A stretch of DNA of 64,000 bases from Paraspadella gotoi (GCA_051294375.1 CM119266.1:16610087-16674086), one strand, 5' to 3'. Shown: positions 1 to 14,325, counted from the first letter of the stretch. The notes: generated by a model from the sequence alone, not told the origin. Numbers and translations are program-made.

Positions 1-676
1 GGGGTGGGGTGTTGGAAAAGGGGAGAGGGGTGGGGTGTTGGAAAAGGGAGATATGGGGTTAGAGAAGGGTCGTCGGAGGCCGGTCTGGAAATTCGTACGA
101 CTAATCGGCCACTAATTGGCTCTCGGACATAACGCCGACATATTCTAATCGGTAATATCAACAAAGTTACTTTTATTGTCACGAACAAATAAAAAAAAAG
201 GGTTAGTTTGAAAAAAAAATACAGAAAACAATAGTAATTACTATAAAAAACGATTAAAATAATTATCATCAGTAGAGACTTGAGAAATGATAACACTGTT
301 AGAAAGAATAACAAAGAATGGCCGAGCCGCGACCATGTAGAATAAAACGCTTGCTTAAGCGTTTTTCGTTTTTTTTTCCTTCTCCTCTCCCATTTAATGA
401 TTCAATACTATTAGTCCTACATCTTCTTCTCACATTTATCTCCATTTCATAACCCGTTCCCTTTTTCTTCCCTACTTTCGCTCCCTCAACCCATCCACCC
501 TCTGACGGTCCAACGTCGCGAATGTTTTTCCACATCCGATTTGAAGGATGATGTAGGGAAGACTGAAATATTGGATATGATCGCCCGATATCTCGCGGGG
601 TCAAAAATGAATACGAAAGAGACAGAAGAGAAAGAGAGAGAGAGAGATAGGGAGGGAGGGAGAGAGAAAGAGAGGG

Positions 677-726
<50 letters not shown>

Positions 727-1871
727 AGACTAAGATGATTTGAAGATTAATTTCTTCCGGGTGTCAGATCTTTTGGCAGACTTGTGTCCGAATCACGCGT
801 TTTGTTCGACCCAGTGGAACCAAAAGAGACGATTGAAAGAAAGCGGAATCTTGATGGAATCTCTCGCGAAGATTGTGAGATTGTGAGAAGTTTGATGGAA
901 TCGAATCTCTCACCGAAATTTCTGATGTCTCGTGAAGTTTAGAGTAATAACTTGTCAGATTTCGTGACAGAATTTTTTCTCGGGAAAAAACAAACAATCG
1001 GTCGAACACAACTTTTTTTTATCTGAGAGAAAGATGATGTCTCGTTTAATTCTTCATTCTTGTAACATATTCAATAGTCAAATAAATAGACAAGTCAGAT
1101 AAGATGAGAAGAGCAAAACTTTAAAATCGGATGAACAAAAATTTAATTCTTTTTAAACAATGGTTCATTGGCCTGGTACGCTAATCTAAAAGTTTTATCT
1201 TCCATGTAATTCGTTGTTTGTAAACATTATAAATACCTCTCCCTTTTAATCTCAAACGCAACGAAAAAGAAGAAAACCTTCCATGTAGAAAGATATCATG
1301 AATATATCTATCTAATAAATAATTATTATTTAATTATTTTTTATTTCTTTTATTTTTTGAGAAAGCTGATTTTCTCTGCTGCATTTCCCTTTGTCGATCG
1401 TCTTTATCCAATCCTATAGCTCTACCCTTCCTCGATTCTCCGACTCTTACTTTTTCCTTTCCTTTTTTCATTTCTCCTCTCCTACTCTCCCGCTTTCCTC
1501 CCGGAAGTTCACCTCGCCCCAATCAATCATGACCGGACCGGGGTGGAGGGGTGAAAAGGAGTGAAATCGGAAGGAGAGGTGGAGGAGGAGGAGGAGGGAG
1601 AGGAGAAAGATGTCCCGCCGAAGGTGGTTTGGCCTCTCATTGTAGATCCGAAGGGATACTCGTCCATCGATCTTCCGCGCGTCCGAGACAAAGGATGAAA
1701 AATGGCGGACGAGTTTCCCTCCAAACTCGGTTACATATTTTCGGAGGTCGAGAGGCGCGGGACCAAACTCTTGAATTCGCTGGGCTTGGGATGTCCTTGT
1801 TGGATGCTCGGGTTGGCTGTCGTCTCGTTTTCAAACAATTATAATCGGATTTTGGCGATAATTTTTTTTTT

Positions 1872-1882
1872 TTCTCTCCTCA

Positions 1883-1940
<58 letters not shown>

Positions 1941-2900
1941 TCTCTCTCTCTCTGCTCTCTCTCGTCTCTCTCCATCTCATCTCCGTCCTCTCTCTCATCT
2001 CTCTCTATCTCATCTAAGCCTTCATGCTCTCATCTCTCTTCTCGTCTCCCTTATTCTGCTATCACACTCCTCGGCCTCGGCTGCCTCGTCTCTCGTCTCT
2101 CACCCTCCCTCTCTCCCTCTCTCTCCGTTCCTCTCTCTCTTCTTCTCTTCTCTCCTCCTCTCTCTCTTCCTCAGCTCCACTTTCCCCTCTCTCGTGTCAT
2201 CCCCCTCGCCCTCCCCACCCGTCGACCGATAAGGTCTCAGTCTCCTCCTCAGACGGTCTCTCTCCCTTGCTCCTCCCTCTTCCTCTTCTCGTTTCTATCT
2301 CTTCTCTCGAATGTATCGTCGCCTCTCTCCGTCCTATCCCTCGAGGTCCTCCCCCCTCTCTCTCCTCTGCATCACCGCCGCTCCTTCCTATCCATCTTGT
2401 GATTCTCCTCTCCTCGCCTCTTCTCCTGGCACCTGCCGCCTTCCATCACTCCTCAGCTCTCTCTCCTCCTCTCTCTCTTTTCTCTGCTCCATCCCTCTCT
2501 CTCCCCCCTGCTCCCCTCCCTCTTTCTCTCTCCTCTCTCTTCTCCGTCCTCCATCTCTTTCCCTCACCTCTCTCTCCTATCTCCTCCTCCGCTCATACTT
2601 CCCCCTGCTCCCTCTCTCTCTCTCCCTCTCCTCCCCTGCCTTCAATCCCCCCTCTCCGCTCTCAGCGGCTCGTAGATCTCTCCTCTCCTCCTCCCTTCGC
2701 GTACTGTCTCTCCTCCCGTCAACCATCAGTCATTCGTCCTCCCTTCCCTCCCCATGCCTCGTCTGCTCCTTCCCATCTCCCCTCCCTCTTTCCTCCACTC
2801 GTCGCTTCCCCGTCATCCTCCGCTCTCATTCTCTCCTCTCTCTTACCTGCGCGCCCCCTCCTGTGTCGTCTCTCTCCTGATCTCCTCTGCGTCTCTTCTC
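1872..2900. repeat. About 1 kb degenerate (CT)-rich polypyrimidine tract
   Basis: Almost entirely C/T, with a clean (CT)n start decaying into noisy sequence. Confidence 0.9.
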
Positions 2901-3699
2901 GAAAAAAAAGCGATAATTGGTTCCAATGACGTTTTTTTATCGGTTGTCGACGCCAGATCCTTTTCGTGATGACTTTTTCCGTTCGTAGAATGCGTTTCTA
3001 CGAATTCAAAGATTTGACATTTCGCGCATGACAAATAAATTTGCTGAGAATAACTATCGAATTCCATTCGGGAGATCAAATTATCCACTAATTATCAAAT
3101 ATTACGAATTATGTTATTCGACACTCGAGAATCTCCTTCAATGTTTTATTAACCTGTGCTCATCCTTGTTTTGTTCTTAAAGTTTAAACGTCCTTCGCCT
3201 TCTTTTTTTTTCTCTCCTTTCACTGCGAAGCTTTTGTTTCCTTCTTTGCTAATGCGGTTATGATGACACTGTTTTTTTCCTTTGAGCAGCCGCGGCAAAG
3301 CGCCAATGCCGCCGACGTCACCGCCGCGGCAAAGCGCCAATGCCGCCGCCGCCTTCGCCATCCTGATAGTCGTTTACGTCTTTTTATGGACAACGGTTCA
3401 AGCATCCATCATCTTCGTACTCTTAGTACATCATGGCGTCTCAGCTTGTAATTACCATGTAAATTGTGTCGTCATGATCGTCGTCATCATAACAAGGCCG
3501 GGATTGCTCTCGTCGTCATCTTATTTGTCTTTAAAAACAATTAAAACGTTATGCTTATAAATATAAGCAAAAATAAAACGCTTTTATAAACAAAATGATT
3601 CTTTAAAGTTTATGTTTATTTTCAAGGTCATTTCTTCTACCTTTAGTCTTTAGTTTATGTGAGCATTGCAGGTGGCGATTCAGCAGAATTATTTTTTTT

Positions 3700-3792
3700 C
3701 TCTGTCTCTGTTTCTGTCTCTGTCTCTGTTTCTGTTTCTGTCTCTGTCTCTGTTTCTGTCTCTGTCTCTGTCTCTGTTTCTGTCTCTGTCTG
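3700..3792. repeat. (TCTGTY)n hexanucleotide repeat
   Basis: Direct reading: TCTGTC and TCTGTT units. Confidence 0.95.
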
Positions 3793-6005
3793 GACTTGAT
3801 CGTCGCTGGCGTCGGCGACGCAATTTTCGTGGCATTAGAAGCGTCATTAGCGCCGCCGATTCGACATCTGGTCGCGAATAAAAGAACAACAAACTTTCGT
3901 CGCCATTTTCTTGTTTTATTTCCCATTTTTTCTGTCTTATTTCTTTTATTTACACTTTTAAGAACGGGGCAAATATTGATTATCACTGAGAGGCGTCCTG
4001 GGTTTCAAAACGTTTGCATTAAATGATAAAATTAACTGTTGAATGAGAATTATCAGTGGCTGAGGAACCGCGAAATCGCCCCCCGATCGACGAAAATAAA
4101 CTTATTAGAACTATCTCCATCTTCAGGCGTCACAGTTCCTGAACAGTAGTTTTTAATGTTCATCATCTAATTTCAATGAGAATGTCTGCCTATTTATTAG
4201 ATTAAACGAGCTCAAAAAATATTCAGACAAAATCATTTCCTTTTTTTTTTTATCCTTTAAATTACTGGAATTGAACAAACTGTTTGAAGTCTAATCCTTC
4301 CTTCTGACCAAAGTAAACAATGTTTACTAAACATATATGTAGAAAAAATATAAATTAAATTTAAAATGGATATAATCACGGTTTTTGTTTTAATATAAAA
4401 TATATTAACGGCTTGCCGCTGGCGGAACATAAAAAATAATGTCTGCCGGAAAAATCTATCAATCGTTCATACTAAACTTAACACATGAAACAACTAAACA
4501 TTTAACAACTTATACACAATACAGTTTGCCCATCGATATATATATATATATATATATTATAATATATAATATATGATAGTATAAAAATATATGTCTGAAA
4601 AATTGACATTTTCAGATTCAACAATAAAAAAAAAATATTAAAAATTAAAATAAAAAAAAAGAATAAAAAGAAAAACAAAATAAATAAAAAATATAAGGAA
4701 AAAATACAATTTTGTTATTACACCCCGCCGCTGACCACTACAGACNNNNNNNNNNNNNNNNNNNNNNNNNNNNNNNNNNNNNNNNNNNNNNNNNNNNNNN
4801 NNNNNNNNNNNNNNNNNNNNNNNNNNNNNNNNNNNNNNNNNNNNNNNNNNNNNNNNNNNNNNNNNNNNNNNNNNNNNNNNNNNNNNNNNNNNNNNNNNNN
4901 NNNNNNNNNNNNNNNNNNNNNNNNNNNNNNNNNNNNNNNNNNNNNNNNNNNNNNNNNNNNNNNNNNNNNNNNNNNNNNNNNNNNNNNNNNNNNNNNNNNN
5001 NNNNNNNNNNNNNNNNNNNNNNNNNNNNNNNNNNNNNNNNNNNNNNNNNNNNNNNNNNNNNNNNNNNNNNNNNNNNNNNNNNNNNNNNNNNNNNNNNNNN
5101 NNNNNNNNNNNNNNNNNNNNNNNNNNNNNNNNNNNNNNNNNNNNNNNNNNNNNNNNNNNNNNNNNNNNNNNNNNNNNNNGGGGGGGAAAGAAGGCCGTTA
5201 TCTTTCCCTTAACTCAGCCCAAAGTTTCCGTTTGGCCCATGAGAAGACATCTGTTCCCCATAAAGAGGAATCGATGACCGCGCCTCGAGCCGTTTCTGTC
5301 TTTCCTTTCTCGACTATACCGCTCCCCCCCGTGTCCTTCTACCCCCATTTTTACCCCCTTTTCCTACCCCTCTTCATCAGCATTGGACTAGGGGGCAACA
5401 GGGGATATCATTTTCGTGAGGGGAGAAAATGAAAAAAAAAGGACTAACAAAATTTCTTTTTTTTTGTTTTTTTTTTGTTTTTTTGTTTAACGGAACGATT
5501 TGAACAACTCATCCAGGGTCGACGTCCAGATTTCCATTTTCAACTGACGAATCTCAAAGCTCTAAACTCCCACGCCTCTTTCCCTTTTGTTTTCACCAGA
5601 GTCATCGATTGCAATTTTTTCCCTTTTTTTTCCCTTTTTTATCTTTATCTTTCGCGATTGTTTCCNNNNNNNNNNCTTACGAGGAGAAAATCGAGGCCAT
5701 AATCTTATTATCTTATCTTTAATTACATATCCCATGGATACGATCATATTTATACACCAGAAATATAGTGTTTGTAAAAGATCAATCCACTTTAAACAAC
5801 AGAACAAAACGCTCGGCTAAAACGGAGACATTTTACGACTATTCGTTTACTTTCCGACATGCCAGGACCCCCCACACGTCCCCTATGTCAAAGCCTTTCT
5901 CGCGGCGAACTGTTGGAGCCATCCCACGAGACGGACCCATTTCCTTCCGCTTTGCTCCAATCAGCGTCGGTTTAATCTTTGACTTACGCCCGTGATTACT
6001 CGGGA

Positions 6006-6170
6006 ATGGCCCCGCCCTCCGTCGAGGCTGGTGCCGGCGCCACCGCCGCAACGCCGCTGCCGCCATTCCCGCCGCCACCGCCGTTTCTTTCGACCTCGAG
6101 GCGGAGGGAGAGGAGCGGAAATCCGATTGTAAAGGCGCGTGGGAGTCGACTTTTCGGCGAGCCTTTTTTG
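6006..6170 (+). CDS. Candidate first coding exon, Pro/Ala-rich (MAPPSVEAGAGATAATPLPPFPPPPP...GEPFL)
   Basis: GC island, ATG at 6006, 55 codons, GTATGA donor in phase 0. No recognisable homology. Confidence 0.2.
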
Positions 6171-8120
6171 GTATGAAAGAGACTGGGGAGCGAAGCAAAA
6201 AACATCTAACTGAACTGCAGTTTAATCAATAGCTAGATAGCTACTCTTAAATTGCTTGTTGGTTAAACTCAAATAGTACGGCGTTTAAAAAAGACACAAA
6301 ACTCAAGTTTCACGAGCAAGACGAGCAGAAATCAAACCTGCAAATGGAAACAGCGGCACAAAAATATATCCTTGGTTTAGATATATTTCATTTTTCGTGA
6401 CATTCACTAACTCTCTATTTCTTGGAACAAAGCTCAGTGCAGCGGGGAATTAAGCGTTTGCTTTTCCTGTCCTCAGTAGAGGGAAAGCGGACGAAAGGGA
6501 TAAGAAGGACCGGAATAAACGGATGAGAACCTTCGATGATGCAAATTAGCAAGGNNNNNNNNNNNNNNNNNNNNNNNNNNNNNNNNNNNNNNNNNNNNNN
6601 NNNNNNNNNNNNNNNNNNNNNNNNNNNNNNNNNNNNNNNNNNNNNNNNNNNNNNNNNNNNNNNNNNNNNNNNNNNNNNNNNNNNNNNNNNNNNNNNNNNN
6701 NNNNNNNNNNNNNNNNNNNNNNNNNNNNNNNNNNNNNNNNNNNNNNNNNNNNNNNNNNNNNNNNNNNNNNNNNNNNNNNNNNNNNNNNNNNNNNNNNNNN
6801 NNNNNNNNNNNNNNNNNNNNNNNNNNNNNNNNNNNNNNNNNNNNNNNNNNNNNNNNNNNNNNNNNNNNNNNNNNNNNNNNNNNNNNNNNNNNNNNNNNNN
6901 NNNNNNNNNNNNNNNNNNNNNNNNNNNNNNNNNNNNNNNNNNNNNNNNNNNNNNNNNNNNNNNNNNNNNNNNNNNNNNNNNNNNNNNNNNNNNNNNNNNN
7001 NNNNNNNNNNNNNNNNNNNNNNNNNNNNNNNNNNNNNNNNNNNNNNNNNNNNNNNNNNNNNNNNNNNNNNNNNNNNNNNNNNNNNNNNNNNNNNNNNNNN
7101 NNNNNNNNNNNNNNNNNNNNNNNNNNNNNNNNNNNNNNNNNNNNNNNNNNNNNNNNNNNNNNNNNNNNNNNNNNNNNNNNNNNNNNNNNNNNNNNNNNNN
7201 NNNNNNNNNNNNNNNNNNNNNNNNCTCTCTCTCTCACTCCATTCTTCCTCTCTTTGCGCACTCATTCTCCCTTTTCCACGTTTCTCTTGTGTATTCAAAG
7301 TTGATTGGATTCAAATTAAAAGTAACTAAATCAAAGGATCTAATTCAAAGAACTTTTTTTGTCCGTTTTCACTTTGGTTGCTTCCGTGTGGTTTTAATTT
7401 GTTCGAAAGAAGATCGAAAGGGAGATGAGATGAGATGAGATGAGATGATGGTGATCAGGAGAAGATGGTGAAATGATGTGAAGAGTGAAAAGAGTTGAGG
7501 CGACCGGTGGGTACTAGGTAGGAGTAAATCTAAACAAATGATAATTAGTTAATTGGAGGCAAAATAAGATGTTGACAGTGAGGAAGCGAAATGGAAACCA
7601 AAACTATTAGTAGTAACCAGATGAAGAGTGGAAATTTCGTTGGAAACTCAGTTCAACTCGTAATTGCGTACGAACATTGTACGAACTAAATTGATGATGA
7701 ATTGAGCGTAAAATTAGTTTCGTTTTATTGTTAAAGCTTTTACTACGAATAATTCGAAATAAATCGCTTATGAAATTAACACCTAACAAGTAAGGTTCTT
7801 AATTCAAGGCCTAAAGCCTAAAGTAGTAAAGGCCTACTACGGCTGCCCTCGATAAAAAAAAATCGTTGAAGCTTCTCTGATTTCATTCATTCCAGATTTA
7901 GCTGTCGATCGGGAACGAATAACTCAATTAAGGCTGACCAGACTAACCCCGCTGATCCCATCGGGCAAAGTATGGCCTTAATTCCTATCGTAACTTAATA
8001 AATTCGGATGAGATGGCCGATTTGACCGATTAAGTATTAAATCGAGACCCATGTTTGATAATGAATCGTATTTTTTATTAGTTTCGTGGGAAAAATACGT
8101 ACATAAAACTACGTACATAG

Positions 8121-8218
8121 CAAAGAACGCTGGTGTTGCTGCTCATTGCGGCGCCACTTTTCGCTCGGTCAGTCCGCGCGTCGCTGCCATGGCCGGGACG
8201 TTTGACCGGCACGAGCAG
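8121..8218 (+). CDS. Candidate exon with a signal-peptide-like segment (QRTLVLLLIAAPLFARSVRASLPWPGRLTGTS)
   Basis: CATAG acceptor, CAG|GTAATA donor, hydrophobic core followed by V-R-A. Phase is compatible with 6006-6170. Confidence 0.3.
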
Positions 8219-9122
8219 GTAATACCGTCTCGATGGTGGGACAGAACGATAGAGAGGCGTCGCCGCTGACGTGACGAAAACGACGACGACAAAAGGAACG
8301 TCGAGTAAGTGAACGACGACGATAAAGACGACGACCTGAGGAATCTGAACCTCACGTCTGGGATTTTGATTTATTCCCGCCGTAAAAAAAAAAGCACCTC
8401 CGTCCATCGGGACTTTTGAGGGCAAAGAAAGAGTGGGAAGAAAGTAAAGGAAGAAAGGGTGGAGGGTAAAAGGAGAAATAGGACGATGGAACGATTGAGA
8501 CGTTGGAGAACATTAAAAGAGGCGATCGCCTTGGATTTATTTTTAAACTTTGCCTACAGATATCCTTATAAAATTACAACTAAATATAACTAAATTATCT
8601 GTAAAGTTTTTAAACTAAGATATCGACCGTTGGCACACCTCGCAACGTCGAGTTATCTGTCTCCCGTCACGTTTTGTCACGCCGTTGACGTTCGACAAAA
8701 TCCGAATCGGTTTTTCTCTCCGTTTTGCCCTCGCCTCTTTTTTTTTTTTCAGCTGCTTGATTTTATTTTCGCAATTAAATCCGGGATGACCCACGACAGC
8801 GACAGAGCGGGAGAGCGGAAGGAAAGGGATAGGGTGGGGGAATGGAAATAACGGCGGACGAATGGAAACAATAGGGGGGTAGGGAAAAATGGAGGAGAGA
8901 GAAATTGGAAAACAAAATGAAGAAAAAAAAATGGATGAAGTAGTGATAGTTTAGTGTATGAAAAAAGGAGGTGTTATGGCAACGGGGGGAACTGTGTGAT
9001 GCCCGGGGTGTGAGCCATCTCCCGACAGCTGGCGCTCACGGCTTTGGACGTGCAATGACCACCCCATGTCACTGGCGTGTTTATGACGACACCATCACCA
9101 CATCACACCATCACACTAGCGT

Positions 9123-9227
9123 GACCATGAGGGGATTGAACACGGAACTCACGAGTACTTAGCTGTCCAAGCAAGTGGGAATAGGTGAGTTTCACCGAGC
9201 TATACGGGAAGCGAATTTAGGATTCGC
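9123..9227. repeat. Dispersed hairpin-forming repeat, copy A (possible SINE head on the minus strand)
   Basis: Shares GACCATGAG, ACGAGTACTnAGCTGTCCAAGCnAGTGGGA, AGCTATACGGGA and CGAATTTAGGATTC with 22093-22205. The minus strand shows a T-arm-like GAGTTCCGTGTTCAATCCCC. Confidence 0.7.
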
Positions 9228-9673
9228 CGCAGTGTAAGAGTAAATATTGCAAACTGAAAAAAGAATAAGAAGGGGAAAAGGTCGGAGAGGAATTTTCCAC
9301 TCTTCTACTTTAAAAAGTGATAAAGTTGAACGAGTCAACAGTAAAGGACGATGAAGACTGATGAAGGAAATTGGTTTGCGTGGAGGAAATTGATGAGTGC
9401 GTGGAATCCACTTCCTTTTGGATGTGTTCATAAATATTTGGCAAAAACGAATAAAACTCCCTTAAAAACGCCCAATATCCAGGAGCAGAAGGAATCGAGC
9501 GAAAAGCGTCTGATGGGAAATTCATTAATTTAATGAACAGTTGCGTGAAAAATCGTCTGCTCGTCGAGTCTGAAAAAAAAAGGCTCCAAATTTCCCATTA
9601 AAGGCGAAGCACCGCCGATCGAAAATGGGCCAAATTTGAGATCCGGCCCAAGAACATTAGGGGCAAGAGAGAA

Positions 9674-9731
<58 letters not shown>

Positions 9732-12389
9732 ATTAAGTTTCTTCATAGTAAAGCGAACATGTACTATATATACTCGTTTAAAACTAAAACGCTAAATTTT
9801 ACTTACGCCATCTCTGTTTAACTCCGCACCGCGTAATCTCTCCTCGCTCATTTCCCTTCTTTCATATTTTCTCTTTCTTTAAATCTTCTCTCTTCGAGTC
9901 TCGATCCACGCCGCGTGACGCAGTCCCCAGATTTGAATAATAACTTTTTAACGTCGACCAAAATTTCCATATTTTTTTCATTAGGGAGCCGCCGCCGAGT
10001 TGACGTGAGTCCAGCCGCGGAAAGTGAAAGAGAAATCCGGTGTTGGTTTGAAAATTTTCGGGAAAACCACATGTTCTCCCTTCTTGCCCAACCCCGCCAA
10101 AAAAAAAAAAAAAAAAAAAAAAAAACAAAAAAAAAAAAAAAAGATTAGCGATTTATTTTTGATAAAATGACATTTACGTATGCGAGAAGTTAGAAACCCA
10201 ATATTTTGTAAACGCCTAAATGTAGAATTATGTCAATAATATCCACACGTATTATAAACTTGCGATATAGTCACTCCGTTCCACGGAGGTTTTCCAACAG
10301 CTGTCGTCTTCATCGTCGTCGGCGTCGGCGTCATCCGTACCAGGGACGAATTGCTTCGTATAACGGCGAGATATCCGAGCTAACTCCTCCCTAGGGTCCG
10401 CCTGGCACTAAGAGCCTTTGGCACTCTCTCTCCATCCTTCTTTTCTTTTCCGCCTTTATTTTTCCCATGTTCTTTTTTTTTTCCCTTTTCTTTGGGATCG
10501 ATTTCGGAGATGTCAATCAAGATGACGTTCGTAAAAGCGTCAAAAAAAAAAANNNNNNNNNNNNNNNNNNNNNNNNNNNNNNNNNNNNNNNNNNNNNNNN
10601 NNNNNNNNNNNNNNNNNNNNNNNNNNNNNNNNNNNNNNNNNNNNNNNNNNNNNNNNNNNNNNNNNNNNNNNNNNNNNNNNNNNNNNNNNNNNNNNNNNNN
10701 NNNNNNNNNNNNNNNNNNNNNNNNNNNNNNNNNNNNNNNNNNNNNNNNNNNNNNNNNNNNNNNNNNNNNNNNNNNNNNNNNNNNNNNNNNNNNNNNNNNN
10801 NNNNNNNNNNNNNNNNNNNNNNNNNNNNNNNNNNNNNNNNNNNNNNNNNNNNNNNNNNNNNNNNNNNNNNNNNNNNNNNNNNNNNNNNNNNNNNNNNNNN
10901 NNNNNNNNNNNNNNNNNNNNNNNNNNNNNNNNNNNNNNNNNNNNNNNNNNNNNNNNNNNNNNNNNNNNNNNNNNNNNNNNNNNNNNNNNNNNNNNNNNNN
11001 NNNNNNNNNNNNNNNNNNNNNNNNNNNNNNNNNNNNNNNNNNNNNNNNNNNNNNNNNNNNNNNNNNNNNNNNNNNNNNNNNNNNNNNNNNNNNNNNNNNN
11101 NNNNNNNNNNNNNNNNNNNNNNNNNNNNNNNNNNNNNNNNNNNNNNNNNNNNNNNNNNNNNNNNNNNNNNNNNNNNNNNNNNNNNNNNNNNNNNNNNNNN
11201 NNNNNNNNNNNNNNNNNNNNNNNNNNNNNNNNNNNNNNNNNNNNNNNNNNNNNNNNNNNNNNNNNNNNNNNNNNNNNNNNNNNNNNNNNNNNNNNNNNNN
11301 NNNNNNNNNNNNNNNNNNNNNNNNNNNNNNNNNNNNNNNNNNNNNNNNNNNNNNNNNNNNNNNNNNNNNNNNNNNNNNNNNNNCCCTGCTCCTTCCTCCG
11401 TCCGCCTATCTCCTACACACTGCGTGGGGACTGGGGAGTTTCCCTGGAGATCTCTTTAGAAACTGTACCTCTGCGGGGGATTGACGGGGCCCGTGATAGA
11501 GATGGGTGGACAATTTTGACCCTTTCGTTTCTCCATTTTGCCCCTAGAATTAGAAATCTACTATGAAATTAAATTCAATAGGGGCGGGGGTTCAAAACTT
11601 TAGTCTTGAAGTCTACTTTTAGGTAAAAAAAGAATTTTTTAAAAAAGTTCGATTTTAATGCTTTTATTGTTGCTATTAAAATTACAATATAATGATAAAA
11701 AATTTTTTTTAATCAATCTTAACTTTTTTTGATGGATTCTGATAGAGCATAAAAAGTTAAATAAAAAATTTAACTACAACTTTCGAAAATATTTATGTTT
11801 TCTTGGTCAAAAGGTTAGCGACTCGGGTGCTCAAGTAGAATAATCCACGTCAATTATGTTAAGTATGATCGTAATCGGTTCTTCGACTCGAGACCTTTTT
11901 TTGCCCATGTTTATTAACTTCGATTTTATTAGTATTGTTTGATTACATGTTTACTATATTTAAATTAAAATTAAAATTAAAACCAATAGAAAAAAAAGTT
12001 CTTTTAAGGTCAATAAGATAACGTAACTTGGACACAACTTTCATATTTCATAATCACAAGGTAAAAATAACTTTATCGTGAAATAACTTGTTAATACTTG
12101 ATAATTCTCTCGGCATTTCGCGGCACTTTCCTTTATAGTGCACTTTCGTTCTTAATGTCACGCGCGACGCGAAGAAAGCGTTCATTCGCCCCCCCCTCCT
12201 AGGAGGCCATTTTTCTTTCCCGCCCCTTACCCTACTTACCTTTTACCCTTTACCGTCTCACATTTAAAATGCCGCATTGCCTTCCGCGTCTCTCCCTCAC
12301 ACTCAATTCTGCACTCCATCCGCGATTCCCTCGCCACCCTAAACAACCCCAGCGTGCCAGATACTCTTTAACTCTCTCTCTGTCTCTCT

Positions 12390-12421
<32 letters not shown>

Positions 12422-12816
12422 CCACTATGCAGATTAGCAGTGATTTTGATTTATCGCTCGACGACGACGTCGACAAAGAAATCGCAAGCGGCGTGTTGTT
12501 CAAACTTAGAATTTGCATTCATCCTTCGTTTTTGGTTGTTAAACCGAAACTGTTAAAATTAATGACTTATTGAAAGTTCTCAAACGTTGTTTGGAATTTA
12601 ATTCTTTTCTTCTGTCCAACGCGGCAACCGTTCTGGAAACTAACGCGCTCGCTCCAACACTCCGGCTACCTTTAATAATCACTTTAAATAAGACGAGGAG
12701 ACGGAGAGGGAAAGGAAAAGTGGAAAACCGTGTAGACGCAGTGAGAAAAAAACGAGGGAAAAAAAACCTTTTGCGCCAACAATTCCCATTGTAGTACGTC
12801 TGTGTCTGCGTCTACG

Positions 12817-12919
<103 letters not shown>

Positions 12920-13149
12920 CCTGCCTAAATAATTAAATACGACTTATAAGTTATACGTACGCACGTTGTACCCCCAACTGCCGTAACCAAGGGCGCTATT
13001 CCGAAGCGTTATTTCAGCACCGAATTCAATTCCTAACACGCCATACTGTGAACGCCGCCACACCTTTTCATTTCTTTTTCCCTACTCGATTTATTTCTTT
13101 TTATTTCTCCGAGTCGTAGAAACGGAATAGGAAATGGAATAAGGAGAAT

Positions 13150-13225
<76 letters not shown>

Positions 13226-14098
13226 TCGCTACGACGCCCTCTCTCGTGGCTGAGAAACGGCAATTCCAGTTTATTAACTTCCGTCTTTCATTCGAATAAA
13301 TGAAGATAATTCAGAACTCGAGTTCACTCGCCCTTTTTTTCCTTCAAGATGCAAAATGGAAAAATACGGATTCAACTCGAAAAAAAAATAGTGGAAGATT
13401 AGCAAAGGAAGGACTAAGGTAAAAAAAAAAAACAGATGAAATAATAAATGTAAATAGTTACAGCGGCGGTCTTAAAAAATACAGCAAGTTGTGCTGCAAA
13501 AAAAAAAACCAAAAAAAAAAACGTAAATCCGTTCTATTCTTACATTCAATCCCATTTAACAGGAAAGATAGCAGTGCTTATTGCTTAAACTTAAAGTTAA
13601 AATTAGACAAAATTCCGTATAATACAAAACATTTGACGTTTAACGTTAGTATTTCAGTTACTTTTCATTACCATTATTGTTTTACTAAACATTGTCATTG
13701 AATAATCCGAACAAAGTACATCATGAAGTTTGATACCTAGCGCTTCCCCGCACAGCGACGCCGCGGCAAGAGAGCGATACCGACGCCTCATCGAGAAATA
13801 AACATTCATGAGAGTGAAATCCGCGGATGCGAAGCCGGTTGTCGGAATCGAAATCGACTTGGTCGACGACGACGCCGGAATAAACCCGGTAAACAATTAT
13901 CGTCGCCATGGAAATCGTGCGCGCCACGGATTCCCCGTCAGAGCCAGTTGAATGAAATCCATCACCGAGAGCGTCAACATCCATAAAATGAAATTATCGG
14001 ATTTTTCTCCGCGCGAACCCAGAAATAATAAAAAAAAAAAATCCCTGCACTCACCATCTCATTCCCGGCCTCTGCCTCATCCCTCCTCTTCCACTGGA

Positions 14099-14203
14099 TC
14101 ATTCTTTATATCTATTGGACTTTCGAGTTTCAGTTCGATCTTTTCTGCTCGCGGTGTAGATCTTTTGATCAAGCTCTTTCAAAAAAGTAACACATGCTAT
14201 GAA
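14099..14203 (-). CDS. Putative terminal coding exon (FIACVTFLKELDQKIYTASRKDRTETRKSNRYKE*) of the membrane protein gene
   Basis: TTTTCAG acceptor at 14204, phase-0 open frame to TGA at 14101-14099. A downstream acceptor in another frame is also possible. Confidence 0.35.
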   Translation of the reverse strand, partial: FIACVTFLKELDQKIYTASRKDRTETRKSNRYKE

Positions 14204-14325
14204 CTGAAAATTTTAGCAAATCATAACGGATTGTATCTTGTGACTGCAATTAAGGTTCTGCCTCCTAATCTTCTGACCGACGATTGATGTAAGGACGAAC
14301 AATTGTTTATTATAAACTCATTCAC

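Noticed and set aside
3289-3350. Direct repeat CCGCGGCAAAGCGCCAATGCCGCCG x2, and other short direct repeats (1-50, 37722-37745), as possible CRISPR-like arrays
   Set aside because: Only two copies, no series of unique spacers, no cas genes, and a eukaryotic context.
4060-4088. Hammerhead-like core CTGAGGA-ACCGC-GAAATCG-CCCCC-CGATC
   Set aside because: Stem III and an AUC site are present, but stem II lacks the closing pair and no stem I can form.
13654-13984. GC-rich patch with overlapping short ORFs downstream of the membrane protein gene
   Set aside because: No consistent splice sites or recognisable product; may be UTR or non-coding.
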